In this document: positions 1 through 13,121 of the stretch, one piece after another
Numbering within the stretch: position 1 is the stretch's first letter
Layout of the letters: each line of letters begins with the position of its first letter
Assembly (NCBI GenBank): GCA_046563655.1
Contig: CM102285.1
Span: 10,788,001-10,852,000 of the forward strand
Direction: 5' to 3'
Origin: Yuukianura sp. NJ FZ-2021
Lineage: Eukaryota
Length of the DNA stretch: 64,000 nucleotides
Program-made: the position numbers and the translations under genes
Notes under the pieces: generated by a model
Databases searched by the model: none
What the model saw: the letters and a program-made list of their open reading frames with translations, nothing else
Told to the model about the DNA's origin: nothing

Positions 1-272
1 ATCACCGTAGCTCCACGTTGAGCTAATTCTACTGTCGTTGCTTTTCCAATTCCTACAACATACAAAGAAAATCAAAATGTAATTTTGGTATAGAATTTTA
101 CAATCGATTTTTACCAAAATGATGATTTAATTTCACGTATTTTACCCGCATTGGCTCCTGTCACGATCACAATTTTCCCTGTAACACTTTCTTCATCGAT
201 TGGTCTATTCTTTTTGTTGTAAAAAACTACTCCAGTCAAGTAGTCTTTAGCCAACTTTGTAAATTTAATCAT
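1..272 (-). CDS. Retinol dehydrogenase 11-14-like SDR, first two exons only (runs off window start)
   Basis: ATG at 272; MIKFTKLAKDYLTGVVF...GKIVIVTGANAG|IGKATTVELAQRGATVI has the TGxxxGIG Rossmann motif split by an intron. Paralogous to the genes at 747, 9385 and 11362. Confidence 0.85.
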
Positions 273-284
273 TCTTATAATGAC

Positions 285-700
285 GCTTTACAAGAAGTTA
301 AGTTAGCAAGTAATTCAAAGCAGAATTGTGTCGAATAATAAGATTAGGCACTATTTTTTTGAATAGTTTATGGCTTTGTGTCAGGTTGGCACTTTCAACT
401 GTTGCAATTTATACCGATTTGGGTTTGTCGATAAATGCAACTTGTTGTAATCTTCATGATCAAAATTTAGACATACACGTGGAGAGTTCCTGGGAATTCT
501 GTGCCCCCTATTTCAATTGTTGCTAATTTTGGCAGCACAAAACTGCATTCCTTGACCTTCATATCACATTTAAAACTCGGTAACTAAGCATTGTCTTACT
601 GGTTGAAAAAATATTTTCTCATCTATGAGAAAATTCAACCCTCTATCCATTTGATATAGAACTTTATAGTTTCTGGAATTAAATAATTTAATGCAATTAC
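285..700. repeat. Upstream/intergenic segment duplicated at ~2140-2610 (tandem gene-duplication unit)
   Basis: Collinear shared blocks: taattcaaa.cagaatt, aggcact.tttttt, gctttgtgtca.gtt, cacgtgg.ga.tt.ctgggaattct and aattaaataatttaatgca occur upstream of both RDH copies. Confidence 0.75.
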
Positions 701-746
701 CGTGTTTTCTCGTAGGTACTGCGCACATTATGTTATGTTCAGATAA

Positions 747-2061
747 TTAGTACAATCGTGTAGACAGATTACTGTAAGAAATTTGAACAAGCTTTTCACT
801 CTTTGTCCACAATTCATTAGCGAAGTGATCGTCCAAGTCCGGTCGATCCATGACTCCCTTCCAGTGTTTGCCAAAGCGATACATTTGTCCAGATTCGGAA
901 GCTAATTTCTTAGACAGAGCACAAGCCAAAACAGTATGACATTGCAATACATTAAGTTTATACACAAGTTTTGAATTTTTCAAATCTTGTAACCTGTTGA
1001 GGTGTAAATCCGACAAATTTTAGACACATATTGGTCAGGAATTTTGTCACATTCGGCTGTGTCGCAAACATGTTGGTCCTGATTAGCGCAGGGCAAAGAG
1101 CGTATGTCGTAATGCCCGTCCCTTCAAGTCTCTTAGCCAACGCTTTTGTGAAAAGCATATTGGCCAGTTTGGAATTGGCGTAAGGGATTGTATTTAGTAA
1201 TCGTAAGGATGCATATTTAGCAAACCAAAACTTTTGGTCTTCTCAAGCATGAGGTCATCAAGGTGAAAATTTGAAATGATAAACAATGATGATGCTACGG
1301 ATATGACCCTGCTTGGAGCTCCCTGCTTCAGAGAATCCAATAGAAGATTAGTTAGCAGGAAGTGTCCAAGGTAGTTTGTTCCGATGTGTGACTCAAATCC
1401 ATTTTTAGTTTTTTGATACAAGCCATTTTGATCCTTCAAAATTTTTCAAAAATCAAAATTACACAAAACTGAGCGTTTTAGCAAAATTTGACAAAAATTG
1501 AACTGACGAAAACTCCGGCGTTGTTGATGAGGATATTGAGTTCGGAGAATTGACTTTTAAATTCGTTTGCGAAATTCCGAATAGAATCCAAATCTCCAAG
1601 ATCCAGTTTCATTAAAATCTAATGGAATTTACGGAATTGCATGAACTTGTGAAATGGTTTATAAAATATGCTGTGTTTTAATATACCAATTTGCCATTAT
1701 CCGTTTTATTTCTAATTTCTGCAATTGCCTGTTTGCCTAATTCCAAATTTCTACAAGCCATGATTACAATAGCACCGCGATCAACCAATTCCGCTGTAGT
1801 TGCTGTTCCAAGTCCTAAAAACAAAAATCGAACCATCATTTTGATATTGAATTTTAGTTTTTTTAAAAAAGATTTCGTCAAAATGTTGATTTAATTTTAA
1901 AATGTTTCACCTGAATTTGCTCCTGTTACAATAACAATTTTCCCTTCAACACTTTCTTCATCAATTTGTCTTTCCTTTATGTGTTTGAAAACTATTCCGG
2001 TCAAGTAGTCAAAAACTACTCCAGTCAAGTACTCATTAGTCAACTTTGCAAATTTAACCAT
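747..2061 (-). pseudogene. RDH11-14-like SDR, disrupted (frameshift with premature stop; lost splice acceptor) or mis-assembled
   Basis: Full SDR exon set (TGANSGLG, NNAGV, NYLGHFLLT, YANSKLAN). A 23-nt duplication at ~1179-1223 shifts the frame to TAA at 1194-1196. The last acceptor reads ttgca-atgtcat where the 9385 paralog has cag|GGATGTCAA. Confidence 0.75.
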
Positions 2062-2642
2062 GCTGAATATATAAATACAAACTGAACATAAATACAGATA
2101 TATGGTATACATACATACTTGAACACACTTCATATGACACCTTACAATAAGTTAGCTTTTAATTCAAAACAGAATTTTGTTAAAGTGTCAAATACTAAGA
2201 ATAATTTAAGTATTTAGTAAAAAAAAGGCACTGTTTTTTGGAGAAGCTTATAGCTTTGTGTCAAGTTAACAAAGCGAACTGTTCCTATTTATGCGGACCA
2301 GATTTTAGACAATAAAAACCCAACTTGATGTAACATGTTTGTTAACAAAATGTACGCACGTGGTGAATTTACTGGGAATTCTTTGGCCACTTTTGCAACA
2401 AATCCGTTTTAATGGCTTCTTACTTTCCCAGAAAAAAATGCCGTGTAAATTCCCTCCGCTGCAAATGACACTAAAAAAACTCGATAAATACTGAATAATT
2501 GTTTTTCTGTTTCTAATTGCAAAATTTTTGCTATAAGATTTTCTCATTCATGGGAAAACTCCGCTTTGTCAATTTTCTAGTTCTTGTAATTAAATAATTT
2601 AATGCATTTTGAGTACGGGTAAAAAGTAAGTACTACTAAAAC

Positions 2643-5600
2643 CTAGTGGGTAATTTGTTGCTTTTTAGTTAACTTGTAGTAAGTTTTACGAGCTTTGATC
2701 AGTTGATCATGGCTTCCCATTTCCACAATCCTTCCCTTATTGATGACAGCAATCACATCCGCGCTTTGGATTGTGGATAATCTGCAAACATAAAATTCGA
2801 AATTTGTCAAATGTTGCAAATCTTGCAATTTGCTTTGAAAAGCTGAAAGTGAATTGGTTGTAAGCTACAATTTGTAACCTGTGTGCAATAACAATGCAAG
2901 TCCTTCCAGTTCGAGCATTATCTAAAGCGTCCTGGACTATCTGCGTAATATTTAAAACTACAATTACAATGAATCAAGAACTTTCACTTTCTTAAAAACT
3001 TTCTCCGGGCTAGTTACCTTCTCGCTTTCTGTATCCAGAGCACTGAAATATTTTTATAAGTTGAAATGTGCAATTTAGTTAATTGATCTTATTTAAACCT
3101 TAGTATTCAATTTGATTTCGTTTTGATTACCTCGTGGCTTCATCAAGCAGCAGAATACGGGGATTCCTGATGAGTGCCCGTGCAATTGCAATTCTTTGCT
3201 ATAGTTAAAATTTAAAAAGTTTAGAATTCTGGGTATTGGAGAAAGTTAAATCAGTTTTAAATTTAGATCAAAAAACCTTTTGTCCACCACTCAACTGCGT
3301 CCCTCTTTCTCCAACGACAGTGTCATAGCCCTATTAAACCAACACAATTTGCATAAGTTTTCCAAAATAATTCAAGATTAGAGTAAATACCGAAGGAAGA
3401 CCAGTGATGAAATTGTGAATATTAGCAGCCACTGCAGCTTCTACAATGAGGTCATGAGGCACATGGGACTGTCCATCCCCATATCCATAAGCAATGTTGT
3501 CTCTAATGGAGCAGTCGAAAAGCACTGGCTCTTGGGTAACCAGACCAATCAAGTGCCTTAGATGGGTAACATTTAGTGTCCGAATGTCGAATCCATCAAT
3601 CATCTATTTTTGAGAAATTAAGAAAATTAGTTTCAAATGTTTCGAATTTGTTATAGTGTTTGTGACAAAATGTATGTAACGTACAATTTGTCCGCCAATT
3701 ACATCATAGAATCTTTCCAGCAACGAAACAACTGCAAAACCAAAGTTCGCATTGTGTATAGCATAAGGATAGTAAGACGTTCAACGGTAAATTACAACTT
3801 GCAAATTGCAAGTTGCAATGCGTGTTTGTGTGAATTCATAGTTTTAAATACCTGTGCTTTTGCCACATCCACTGGGCCTGCAATTTTTTAAAAATATGTG
3901 ATATATTTAAAATCAATTTGATTCGAATCAATTTAATTCTGTTTGCTACGCTGTAGGTTGAAGCGTTTACCCTACGAGTGCCAGCGTAATCCCTGGTGGC
4001 AGGTCAAATGACAGACCCTTGAGCACAGGGTACTCGATTCTGTTTGGATATCGGAAGTGGACATCGCTGAAAGTGATGCGTCCATAGACAATGGGACGGA
4101 GACCATCACGACTTAAGGGGTCAATTGACGATTTGGTTTGGATCAACTTAAAGATGAGGCCAGCGGCAAGGTTGGCTTTGGAGTAGTCCGGAATGAAGCT
4201 TGTGGCTTGTCCAACAGACACTGCAGAAAAGGCCACGCAGAAGAAAGCCCTAGGTCAAAGGTCACAAGTTTTCAATAAAAGTCGGAAAAGAAGTTGGGAA
4301 AAAATGTTTTCCCGAGAACTACCTGTAAACGTTTATTGGCTCCATCACACCAACTCCAATTAAATATGAACCGTAGTAAAACGCTGCAGCGTAGATGAAA
4401 AAGATAATCGCTTCAGAGAAAGCAAAAGCGAGACCGTAGATGACCGCCTGCTTATGACCTTCTCTGGAAAATCAAAAGCAATCTTTTCAAAAATTTGAAT
4501 CGTTTAAAATTTCAATCGATTGTGATATAACATTACGCGCAAATTGGTATTAGCTGTTCCAGATATTTGATATAAAAAAGCTGCTCAATTGAAAACGCTT
4601 GTACTGTTTTGATACTTTGAATCGCTTCTGTGGCAATCCTTCCAGCGTCTTCCATCAATTCCTCGTCTTTCTTCTGTCCACCCTTTTGAATTTGGATTTG
4701 AATGTATCCAGCGACGACCAGAATTGGAAAAGAGGCTAAAATTGCAAGCGCCAGTTGCCAGCCAAATACAAATGCGATCCCCAGTCCCACAACTGATGTC
4801 GTCAGCGATGTGATGAACGTGGCAAGACGATGACCTGCTGCCTAAAAAATGAATTCTTCTGACTTCTAGCTTTTATGGTTTCACATGATTTGCCATCAAA
4901 AACAAAATACAACTCACAGCCTTGACCAGCGGTGCATCTCGCGCAAGCCGCGTAGTCAGTCTTCCAGCAGAATTCATTTCTTTGTCAAACCATCGTAATG
5001 GCTGTCGAATAATTCCAGTGTAGCTCATGATCCTCAAGCGCATTGTCAAGTATTCTCCAGCAGAAGCGATCAGAATCGTTCTCAACCAAAGGCCAATGCC
5101 ACTTACTACTGCCAATACCAAGAACATACAAGCCCAAAAATTCGTTTGGTCTACCAGAGCTTGTCCAGTCATAGTAAATGTCTGAAAACAAATACAACAA
5201 GTAGCAAGTTTGAACTCAGAACCCAAAAAAACATAAAGTTCTGCAATAAAAATCCCAATTATTTTCGTATTACCGCAAACATCTCAGCGTAAAAGTAAGC
5301 AAATGCTGGAACCACAAGACCAGCAAGGATAGAACCAATCGTTCCACCAAGAATCATCGGCCATTCTGGTCTGTTGACTTTCAAAATTTTCCAGATTCCT
5401 GGATAAGCTGCGTTCAGCTCTGCAGCTTCACGACTCAAGCGAGCTTTCTCCAAGTCTGGAAGTGTCAAACGAATTTTTCGTCGAGCAGTTTTTGTTTTCC
5501 GACGAATTCGTCGTTCGTATTCAATAATTCCGAGAGTAGGATCATCTTCCCTAGAAATATTTTTAAGTGCAAAGTTTCTTTAGAAATAGTTTTGTCTATG

Positions 5601-8600
5601 ATTTAAAAAGAAAGTTTAGAACAATAATTGAATTTACATTGAATCGTAAGAGGCACTTGCGTCTCCTGCCAATTCATCTACAACTTCCTTCGTGGTTTGT
5701 GCTGTAACTAAATCGTAGTAAAATCCTTCTTTAGTCATCAATTGATTGTGATTTCCAGTTTCAACTATGACGCCATCCTACAAAAATGACAAGTTTTTTG
5801 GCTGAAAATAGTACTTTCTCGAAAGTTTAGAAGCTGAGTTCGACAATGAAATGTCAACGGTAACTCACTGACACCTCCTATAAATCGCAATTTGAAATTC
5901 TGTAAAAGTCGAAACTAAAATTGCAAAGTCTTTACAATACTTGCCTTCATCGCATAAATCAAGTCTGCATCTTTAATAGTAGAGAGACGATGAGCAACAA
6001 TGATTGTGGTACGATTTCTTCTGGCCTTATCCAGTGCTTCCTGGACAAGCGATTCGGATTTTGCATCCAAAGCACTGAAACAATCCTGTACAAATTTATC
6101 CAGAAGTCGAAAAACGCTTACGCTAACACTCAGCGCTTACCTCGTAGCTTCATCTAGTAACAGAATTGTTGGATTCCTAAAAAAATATAGCTTTACAACA
6201 TAAATGTACATACGATGAATAAAAGCGCTTTCAATGTATTTCGAAATGAAAATCTGAAGGTCAATGGTCACCTAACAAGCGCTCGTGCAATAGCTATTCG
6301 CTGTTTTTGACCTCCGCTGAGTTGAGCTCCTCTGTCACCAGTCAATGTTCCGTAGCCCTATGAAATACGTCAAAATTTGAAATTTTGAAGAAATGTCGAA
6401 ATTTTTCAAAGCGGAAATTCATACCGCTGGAAGAGCACTGATGAAACCATGAGCATTGGCTAAACAAGCTGCTGCAACGATATCTTCTGGACTAACATCT
6501 TCCCTTCCATAACGAATGTTTTCATAAATTGTTGTTCCGAACAGAACCTTAAAAAATGGAAATTTGTGTAGGCAAATTCGTTAATTTTTGAAAAATTTTC
6601 ATTTCGAAGCTCACGGGTTCTTGTGATACGACGCCAATTTGATTCCTGTATGAAAAGTAAAGTTAACTTGTAACGATAGTTTAGTTGGAATGATCTTTTG
6701 AGTTACGTGATACTACTTCACCTTAGCCACGCTAAATTGCACAATCTGATGTCAATTCCATCAACAAGGATATTTCCACTATCTGGGTCGTAAAACCTTT
6801 GAATTAGGTTTATAATTGTACTTTTTCCAGAACCTGAACTCCCAACAATTGCCACGGTTTTTCCAGGCTCAATTTCCATGTCAAAATTTTGAAGAATCTG
6901 GAAACGGTATGAAAATCTTTGAAAATTTTGCGTCGAGAAGCAACTAATAATTCAACGCGCAATTTCTTACCGGAATCTCACTGCGTGAAGGGTAAGAGAA
7001 ATTGACATTTCTAAACTGGATGTTGCCAGTGATGGTTTCAGGAATCAAGCCAGTTTTGCTGTAAGGATCAATTTTAGGGATTGAGTCAATCACATCAAAA
7101 ACAACCGCTCCAGACCCTAAACGTTTAAAAATTTAATTACAATAAATCAAAACTTAACTTAACTCTTTAGCTTAGGTAATTTAGGTTTAAGTCGAATTAC
7201 TACTTGAATTTTGTACCTCGAGCAGTAGCAATTGACAGGATATAGGGTACTGAATTGCCTAAGGCAAAAGCTCCAACGAGAACAGAAAAGAAAACGGTGA
7301 AGACGTGACCTGGGGTCAACCGTCCATCGAGCAGAAGGTGACCACCGTACCAGAAGGCCACGGCATAGGAACTGTACGTTATGAAAAACACAAGGGCCAA
7401 ACCAATGGCCAGAGCATGGTATTTTCTAATTGCCAGGCGCAGGCTTTCCATTAGTGCGAATTCATAGCTGCAGTGAAACAGTTTTTAGTCAAAGCATGAA
7501 TTTTTTTCAAAAACAAATCTTTAATGAAATGATTTTCAAAAATTCTGATTCTTACCGAGCCACCTCTCTCGTTTCTCCACTGAAGGACGCTACCGTCTTG
7601 ATTGACGAAATAACTTCTTCAGCAATTGCTCCAGCTTTGCCATACTTTTGTTGCTCACGAGCAGTTTGAGTAGCAATCATCTATGTTAAAATGTGCAAAT
7701 TTAAAAATTAGCAATATTACTATGTAACAGTTTTCTTATACCCTGCCAGTGAAAGCTGAAGTCCCTGCTAGCAGTGGTGTGAGTGCTAAGATGACTAGCG
7801 TCAACTGCCAACTTATAATCAGGCCAACGATGAATCCAGTCACAAACGTTGCTCCGTATTGAATCACCATTGAAAATTTATGACCAATTCCTTCTCGAAT
7901 TCTCTCCAGATCACTGCCAAATTGAGAATTTCTTCGTTAGTTTCAAAATTCTCCAAAATTTTGTAGTCTCTAAAAAATTTCAATTCCTTACTCTGATAAT
8001 TTACTTGCCAAATCGCCCGTCTGATGAAAATCATACCACGAAGGTTGCTGACGGAGTACTTGGTACAGAAATTCTTGTCTTAGACGATACGTCTGTCGTT
8101 CACAGGACCACTCAAAGCTAACTGCCTACTTTTTCAAAATAAAAAGTTACGTTTCAAAAAATTTCTCGACTGAATAAAAATTGAAGAAAATTTCAATTTT
8201 TACTTGAATAAGTGAGGCTACGAAAACCAAAATGCCGATGTAGATGTAATAGAGTGAGTAAGTCGTCATGTATTCCATGAATTCCTCCTCCGAAAGCGTT
8301 TTACCTTCATCAGTGAAATTGGACTGACCCAGGGTCATCAATCGGAGTGTCCCCAGGTAAAGGCGTTGTCTGGGTTTGGTTACTAAAACCCTTAAAAATC
8401 AAAATTTTACTATTAACTGATTCACAAAATTGATGTCAAAGGCTACAACGTGTTCTTACAAACATGGCTTGTTGTATGAACGTATTTGACATGGATCCAA
8501 ACACTAGTGCCAACAGTGGTAGTCCAGTCCCATGAATTAGTGCGAAAATTGTTCCAATCCTGAGAATCCATTTGTCCTTCGGTGTAGCGTATTTGAACTA

Positions 8601-8962
8601 AAAGCGACGCAACAACAAAAGATTTTACAAAACGTGCCAATTCAAATTTTTAGTCACTAAAGAAGTGTGTTTCTGAAAAAGTAGATGTACTGCTATTTCT
8701 GCTTACCAATTTCGAAATGGAGATCCTCTTCAAGTCTTCAAAATTCTCGCTTTAGAGAAAAATGTGAAAGTTAGGTTCAATATTATCCACATTTACATTT
8801 TGGGAAAAGCTTTTCGAATTTTTAGATATTTTGGGTTTTCTTTTGTTTAAATTCTGAAGTTCACCTTTGAGTAGATTGTCGTCTTTCCGAAGGGGGGTAA
8901 GTACCATAGCCGAAATTGGATGTTTTTAATAGTGGTGACGTTTCAGTTTTTGAGTAAGACAT
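2643..8962 (-). CDS. ABCB1: ABCB1/MDR P-glycoprotein, full transporter (TMD-NBD-TMD-NBD), many exons
   Basis: Walker [10 protein letters not shown] and GPSGCGKST, signature [15 protein letters not shown] twice, LLLDEATSALD, IAHRLSTI, Q-loops VSQEP/VTQEP. ATG at 8962 splices in frame ([12 protein letters not shown]...|[20 protein letters not shown]). Stop TAG at 2643. One junction near 8330-8460 is ambiguous. Confidence 0.93.
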
Positions 8963-9384
8963 TAGGGAAAACTAATCTTTAAAAAATGATTTATATAAAG
9001 CGTTGCACTAAAATTTTGAAAAAGTAAATGTGTCCAAGAAATTCAAAATTTTATTTTGATCTCACTCTGTTTTTCTCCCCTCACTAAACCGAAAATTACA
9101 ATAGAAATCGAATGATGTTCTTAACACAGTTAACTGTAGTCCTTTTTACAAAGATAAAGGTGAGTTTTGTAATATACTATTTGTTCTAGATTAGATTTCT
9201 CTTCTTTCACAAATAAATTCAAAAAATTAATGCTCAAAAGTAAACAACTAACAAAAATAATACGAAAAATTGTTTTCGAAGTTGTCGAAAAAAGTTTTCG
9301 ACAAAACAATCCGAAATCAAAAATTTTCTTTGACAAAAATATAAGAATTGTCCATTGTTTTGCGTTTGCCACGGTTTAGAAAAT

Positions 9385-10674
9385 CTAATGATTACTATTT
9401 CCAACGAGGTTTTCGCTCTTGTCCCACAATTTTTCTGCGAGGTCATCATTCAAACTGTCCATGACTCCGTCCCACCGTTTTCCAAAGCGATACATTTGTC
9501 CAGATTCGGTAGCCAATTTCTTGGACAGCGCGCAGAGCAGCACCGTTTGACATCCCTGGACACAGTTTTAAGAATTAAGAACTTGTATTTAGATGGGAAC
9601 GTTTTAATGAGCAGTGTACCTGTTCAGGTGAAAATCCAATAACTTTGATTGATGCTTTTGTAATAAAATTCTTGAAACTAGGTTGAGTCCTAAAGACGTT
9701 TGTGTCGGTCATTCCAGGGCAAAGGGCATATGCAGTGATACCACTCCCTTCAATTCTCTTGGCCAAAGTTTTGATGAAAAGCATATTGGCCAATTTAGAG
9801 TTCCCATAAGGGTAGATATTTCCGAGTCCCAAGTTTTTTGACTTCTCTAACATGAGGTCATCCAGGTCAAGGTTTGATGTGGAATAAAAGAAAGACGCTA
9901 CTGATATAACTCTGCTTGGAGCTCCTTGTCGTAATGAATCCAATAGAAGGTTAGTTAGGAGGAAATGTCCTAGGTGATTAATTCCCATGTGAGATTCAAA
10001 TCCATCTTTCGTTTTGTGTAACACGCCATTTTGATCCTTCATTTTCAAAATTGAATTATTTTCGAAATTTCAACAAGGAAAGTGCAAGAGGTCGTCAAAG
10101 GTCACACGCAACTGTGTGAACTCGAACTTACCGAAACGCCAGCATTGTTGATGAGAATATTGAGTTCAGAGTATTGCTGCTTAAATTCTTTCGCAAAACT
10201 GCGAACTGACCCTAGGTCACCAAGATCCAACTCCATCAAAATCTGAAACGACATAAAGTTGCCATTGAATCATAGTCTAAAGTACTCTTAACATTGGACT
10301 CTTTTTTCGAAAACACACAAAACCATGAACATTAAAAAGAAAATTGCGAAATTCAACTAACCAAATCTCCCTTATCAGTTTTCTTTCTTATTTCTGCAAT
10401 AGCTTCCCTCGCCGATTCCAAATCTCTACAAGCCATGATCACCGTAGCTCCACGTTCAACCAATTCCGCAGTTGTTGCTTTTCCAATTCCTTTTTGAAAA
10501 AGAAGTTTAGCGCAAGTGATATCTTATTACTAAAATCGGTTTGTTTTTACCCGAATTTGCTCCAGTAATGATCACAATTTTTCCTTGAACGCTTTCTTCA
10601 TCTGCTGTATCTCTTTTCTGAACTGAAACTACGCCAGTTAGATAATCCTTTACACACTTTGCAGTTTGAATCAT
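9385..10674 (-). CDS. Retinol dehydrogenase 11-14-like SDR (intact)
   Basis: MIQTAKCVKDYLTG...GKIVIITGANSG|IGKATTAEL, NNAGV, NHLGHFLLTNLLL, catalytic YGNSKLAN; last exon GCQTVLLCAL...ends TAG at 9385. Confidence 0.9.
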
Positions 10675-11361
10675 CTTAAGATTTTTTTTCCAGGTATATT
10701 CAGAAATCCAAAGGTGTTGTTAATTAACTCGTTGCAAAAAGTAAACTGAAACTGAAAATGAAATTATTTTTGGATTTGGAACTTCGCATAAACGCCTAAA
10801 GGAATCTTCCCAAATAACCTAAGGACAAACACTTTCACTTTTCCTAACAATAGAATGTTTCAAATCTGTTTCGATACGCACGAGAACCTTCTTCAACGTT
10901 TCGCTTTTGTCAACAGGATCTTTCCTTTTACTTTCAAACCAAAATGATCTTCGCAATCCCCCTTTCAACCCTCTCTTATACCTTTAAGTAATGAAGAGGT
11001 TCAAGATTTCCATTTCCACCAAGTTATACAAGCATGCGAATTGCAATTTCGCCTACAGCAAGGAGACAAGCCAACGTGAGAAGATTGGAGAGGCGTCTTG
11101 ACGGAAATTTTAAGTACAGATGTATTGAATAATCTTTTTGGCAAAAAACTACCTTTGTGACCTTCGGGCATTTCTGAACACCTTGAATTTGTTTTTGCTG
11201 TGCAAAGTTGTTAGAAGAAAGACGAAAGATTTAAATTAACAAATGAGCTCTGCATAAAAAATTTAGGCGTTTTTGTTTTCGTTTTGTTGTGTTCCATTGT
11301 CTGTACTTTAATTTGAATTGTATTTTTCAGTTTGCTTCCAATTCGGTCGGGAGTATTAAAA

Positions 11362-12649
11362 TCAAAGATGACTTAATTTTGCACATAAATTTGTCAATTC
11401 CTCGCTAACTTTCCACAATCTCTTCGCATCTTCATCCGTCAGAGTCTTTCTGTATTTTGGATCCCAAAACTTGCAATGTTGATACATTTGTCCAGATTGA
11501 TTCGAAACGTCTTTGGACAAGGCACAGTACAACGTAGTTTGACAACCCTGCGGAAACATCAAATAATATTAAAATCAAAATTAAATAACTATAAACTGAA
11601 TTAAATGAAATATTAATTAACTTCTATCAATTCCATTGCTTGATTAAGGTTAAAAACCAATTTCACTTTGCCCCTATTACAGTTTCCGTTATCCCGAGAA
11701 TTTGCATGCTGTTTTTCATTGTTAATCTAACCTGCTGCGGTGTTTTCCGAATAAGAGACATCAAAGGGCTCAAAATTGAAAAGTACCAAGGAAATTCCAT
11801 GTTTCTTGTCATATCCGTTGCTACAAGGCCTGGGCAGAGACAGTACGTATTGACACCAGTTCCTTCCAGTCTCCTTGCCAATTCCTTACTAAAAAGCGCA
11901 TTGGCCAACTTGGAATTGGCATACAGCGGATGGAAAACGACGGATTCTCGTCCAGGAAATTCCGACTCGTACATAAGATCTTTCCAGTTCATTGTCCCGC
12001 CACAGTGCATCAGAGAGCTCAAAGTTACAATTCGACTTGGCGCTGAACTTTTAATTGTGTCTAATAACAAATTGGTCAGAAGGAAATGGCCGAGATGGTT
12101 CACTGCGAAATGGATTTCCAGCCCATCAGCGGATTTAAGTCTTTTGGCAACCGGGTAATACACGCCTGCGTTGTTAATTAGAATGTGTAGCTGGCTGTAT
12201 CTGGATTTAAACTCTTTGACGAATTGAACAATGGAGTCTTGTGAACTTAAATCCAGGATCATCGGAACCTGCAACATAAAACATGAAAATTTTCAATACG
12301 TTTTTGCAATTTCTAATTTCCAATGTCACTAACTTTTCGGTGACCTCACCAGCGTCCCGTCCGAAGTAGTTTTACGGATTTCCGTAATAGCATTCTTAGC
12401 CGATCCAAGATTTCTACACGCCAGGATGACATGAGCTCCACGCGAAGCGAATTCAAGGGCGGTGGCTTTCCCAATTCCAGTATTGCTTCCAGTGATGACG
12501 ACAATTTGATTTTTAACACATATTTCATTTTCTCTGTCTGTGGATCCCCAGTACTTCTCTAATAGCTTTCGACCTAATTTAGCCACTACAATGAGAATGA
12601 CACTCACAATAACAGTAGTGGTCAGGAGTCCAAAATTTTGGAATTCCAT
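11362..12649 (-). CDS. Retinol dehydrogenase 11-14-like SDR with N-terminal membrane anchor
   Basis: Hydrophobic N-terminus, TGSNTGIGKATA, NNAGV, VNHLGHFLLT, YANSKLAN, GCQTTLYCA; three exons with GT-AG introns. Confidence 0.92.
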
Positions 12650-13121
12650 AGCCTCATGCGAAATTGTGAAAAGTTCAATTGCTTGTAAAGGTCACGTGTA
12701 ATGTGCCAGAGGTCAGCGTCAAAGAATGGCTTGAAATGTAGAGGGTAACGTAGAAAGAATGAAATCGTGAACAAATAGGTTCGCAATTGTATCCAGTATT
12801 TCATAAATCTGATAAATGCGTTAACGTTGTTGCGTGAAGTGTGGTATGTAATTTTTGATTTTGCGTGTGGACTAGCAAAAACTAACAGTCACTGATTGAG
12901 TTTACTTTCAAGTGTTTGGTTTTGCTAATAGGAAACTACATGCATTGAAAAGGGATTGCGAAATTGGAATTGGCAAAATTCTGTTCCAAACACAATTACG
13001 GCTATGAGCATTGCAAACTTAAAAAAAATGCAACCTTTCTAATTTTATACCAGAATGTAAGCCTTTTTATTGCCTAAAAAAGAATAAATTTTTATTTTGC
13101 ACGCAGCAAAAGAAAAAATAA

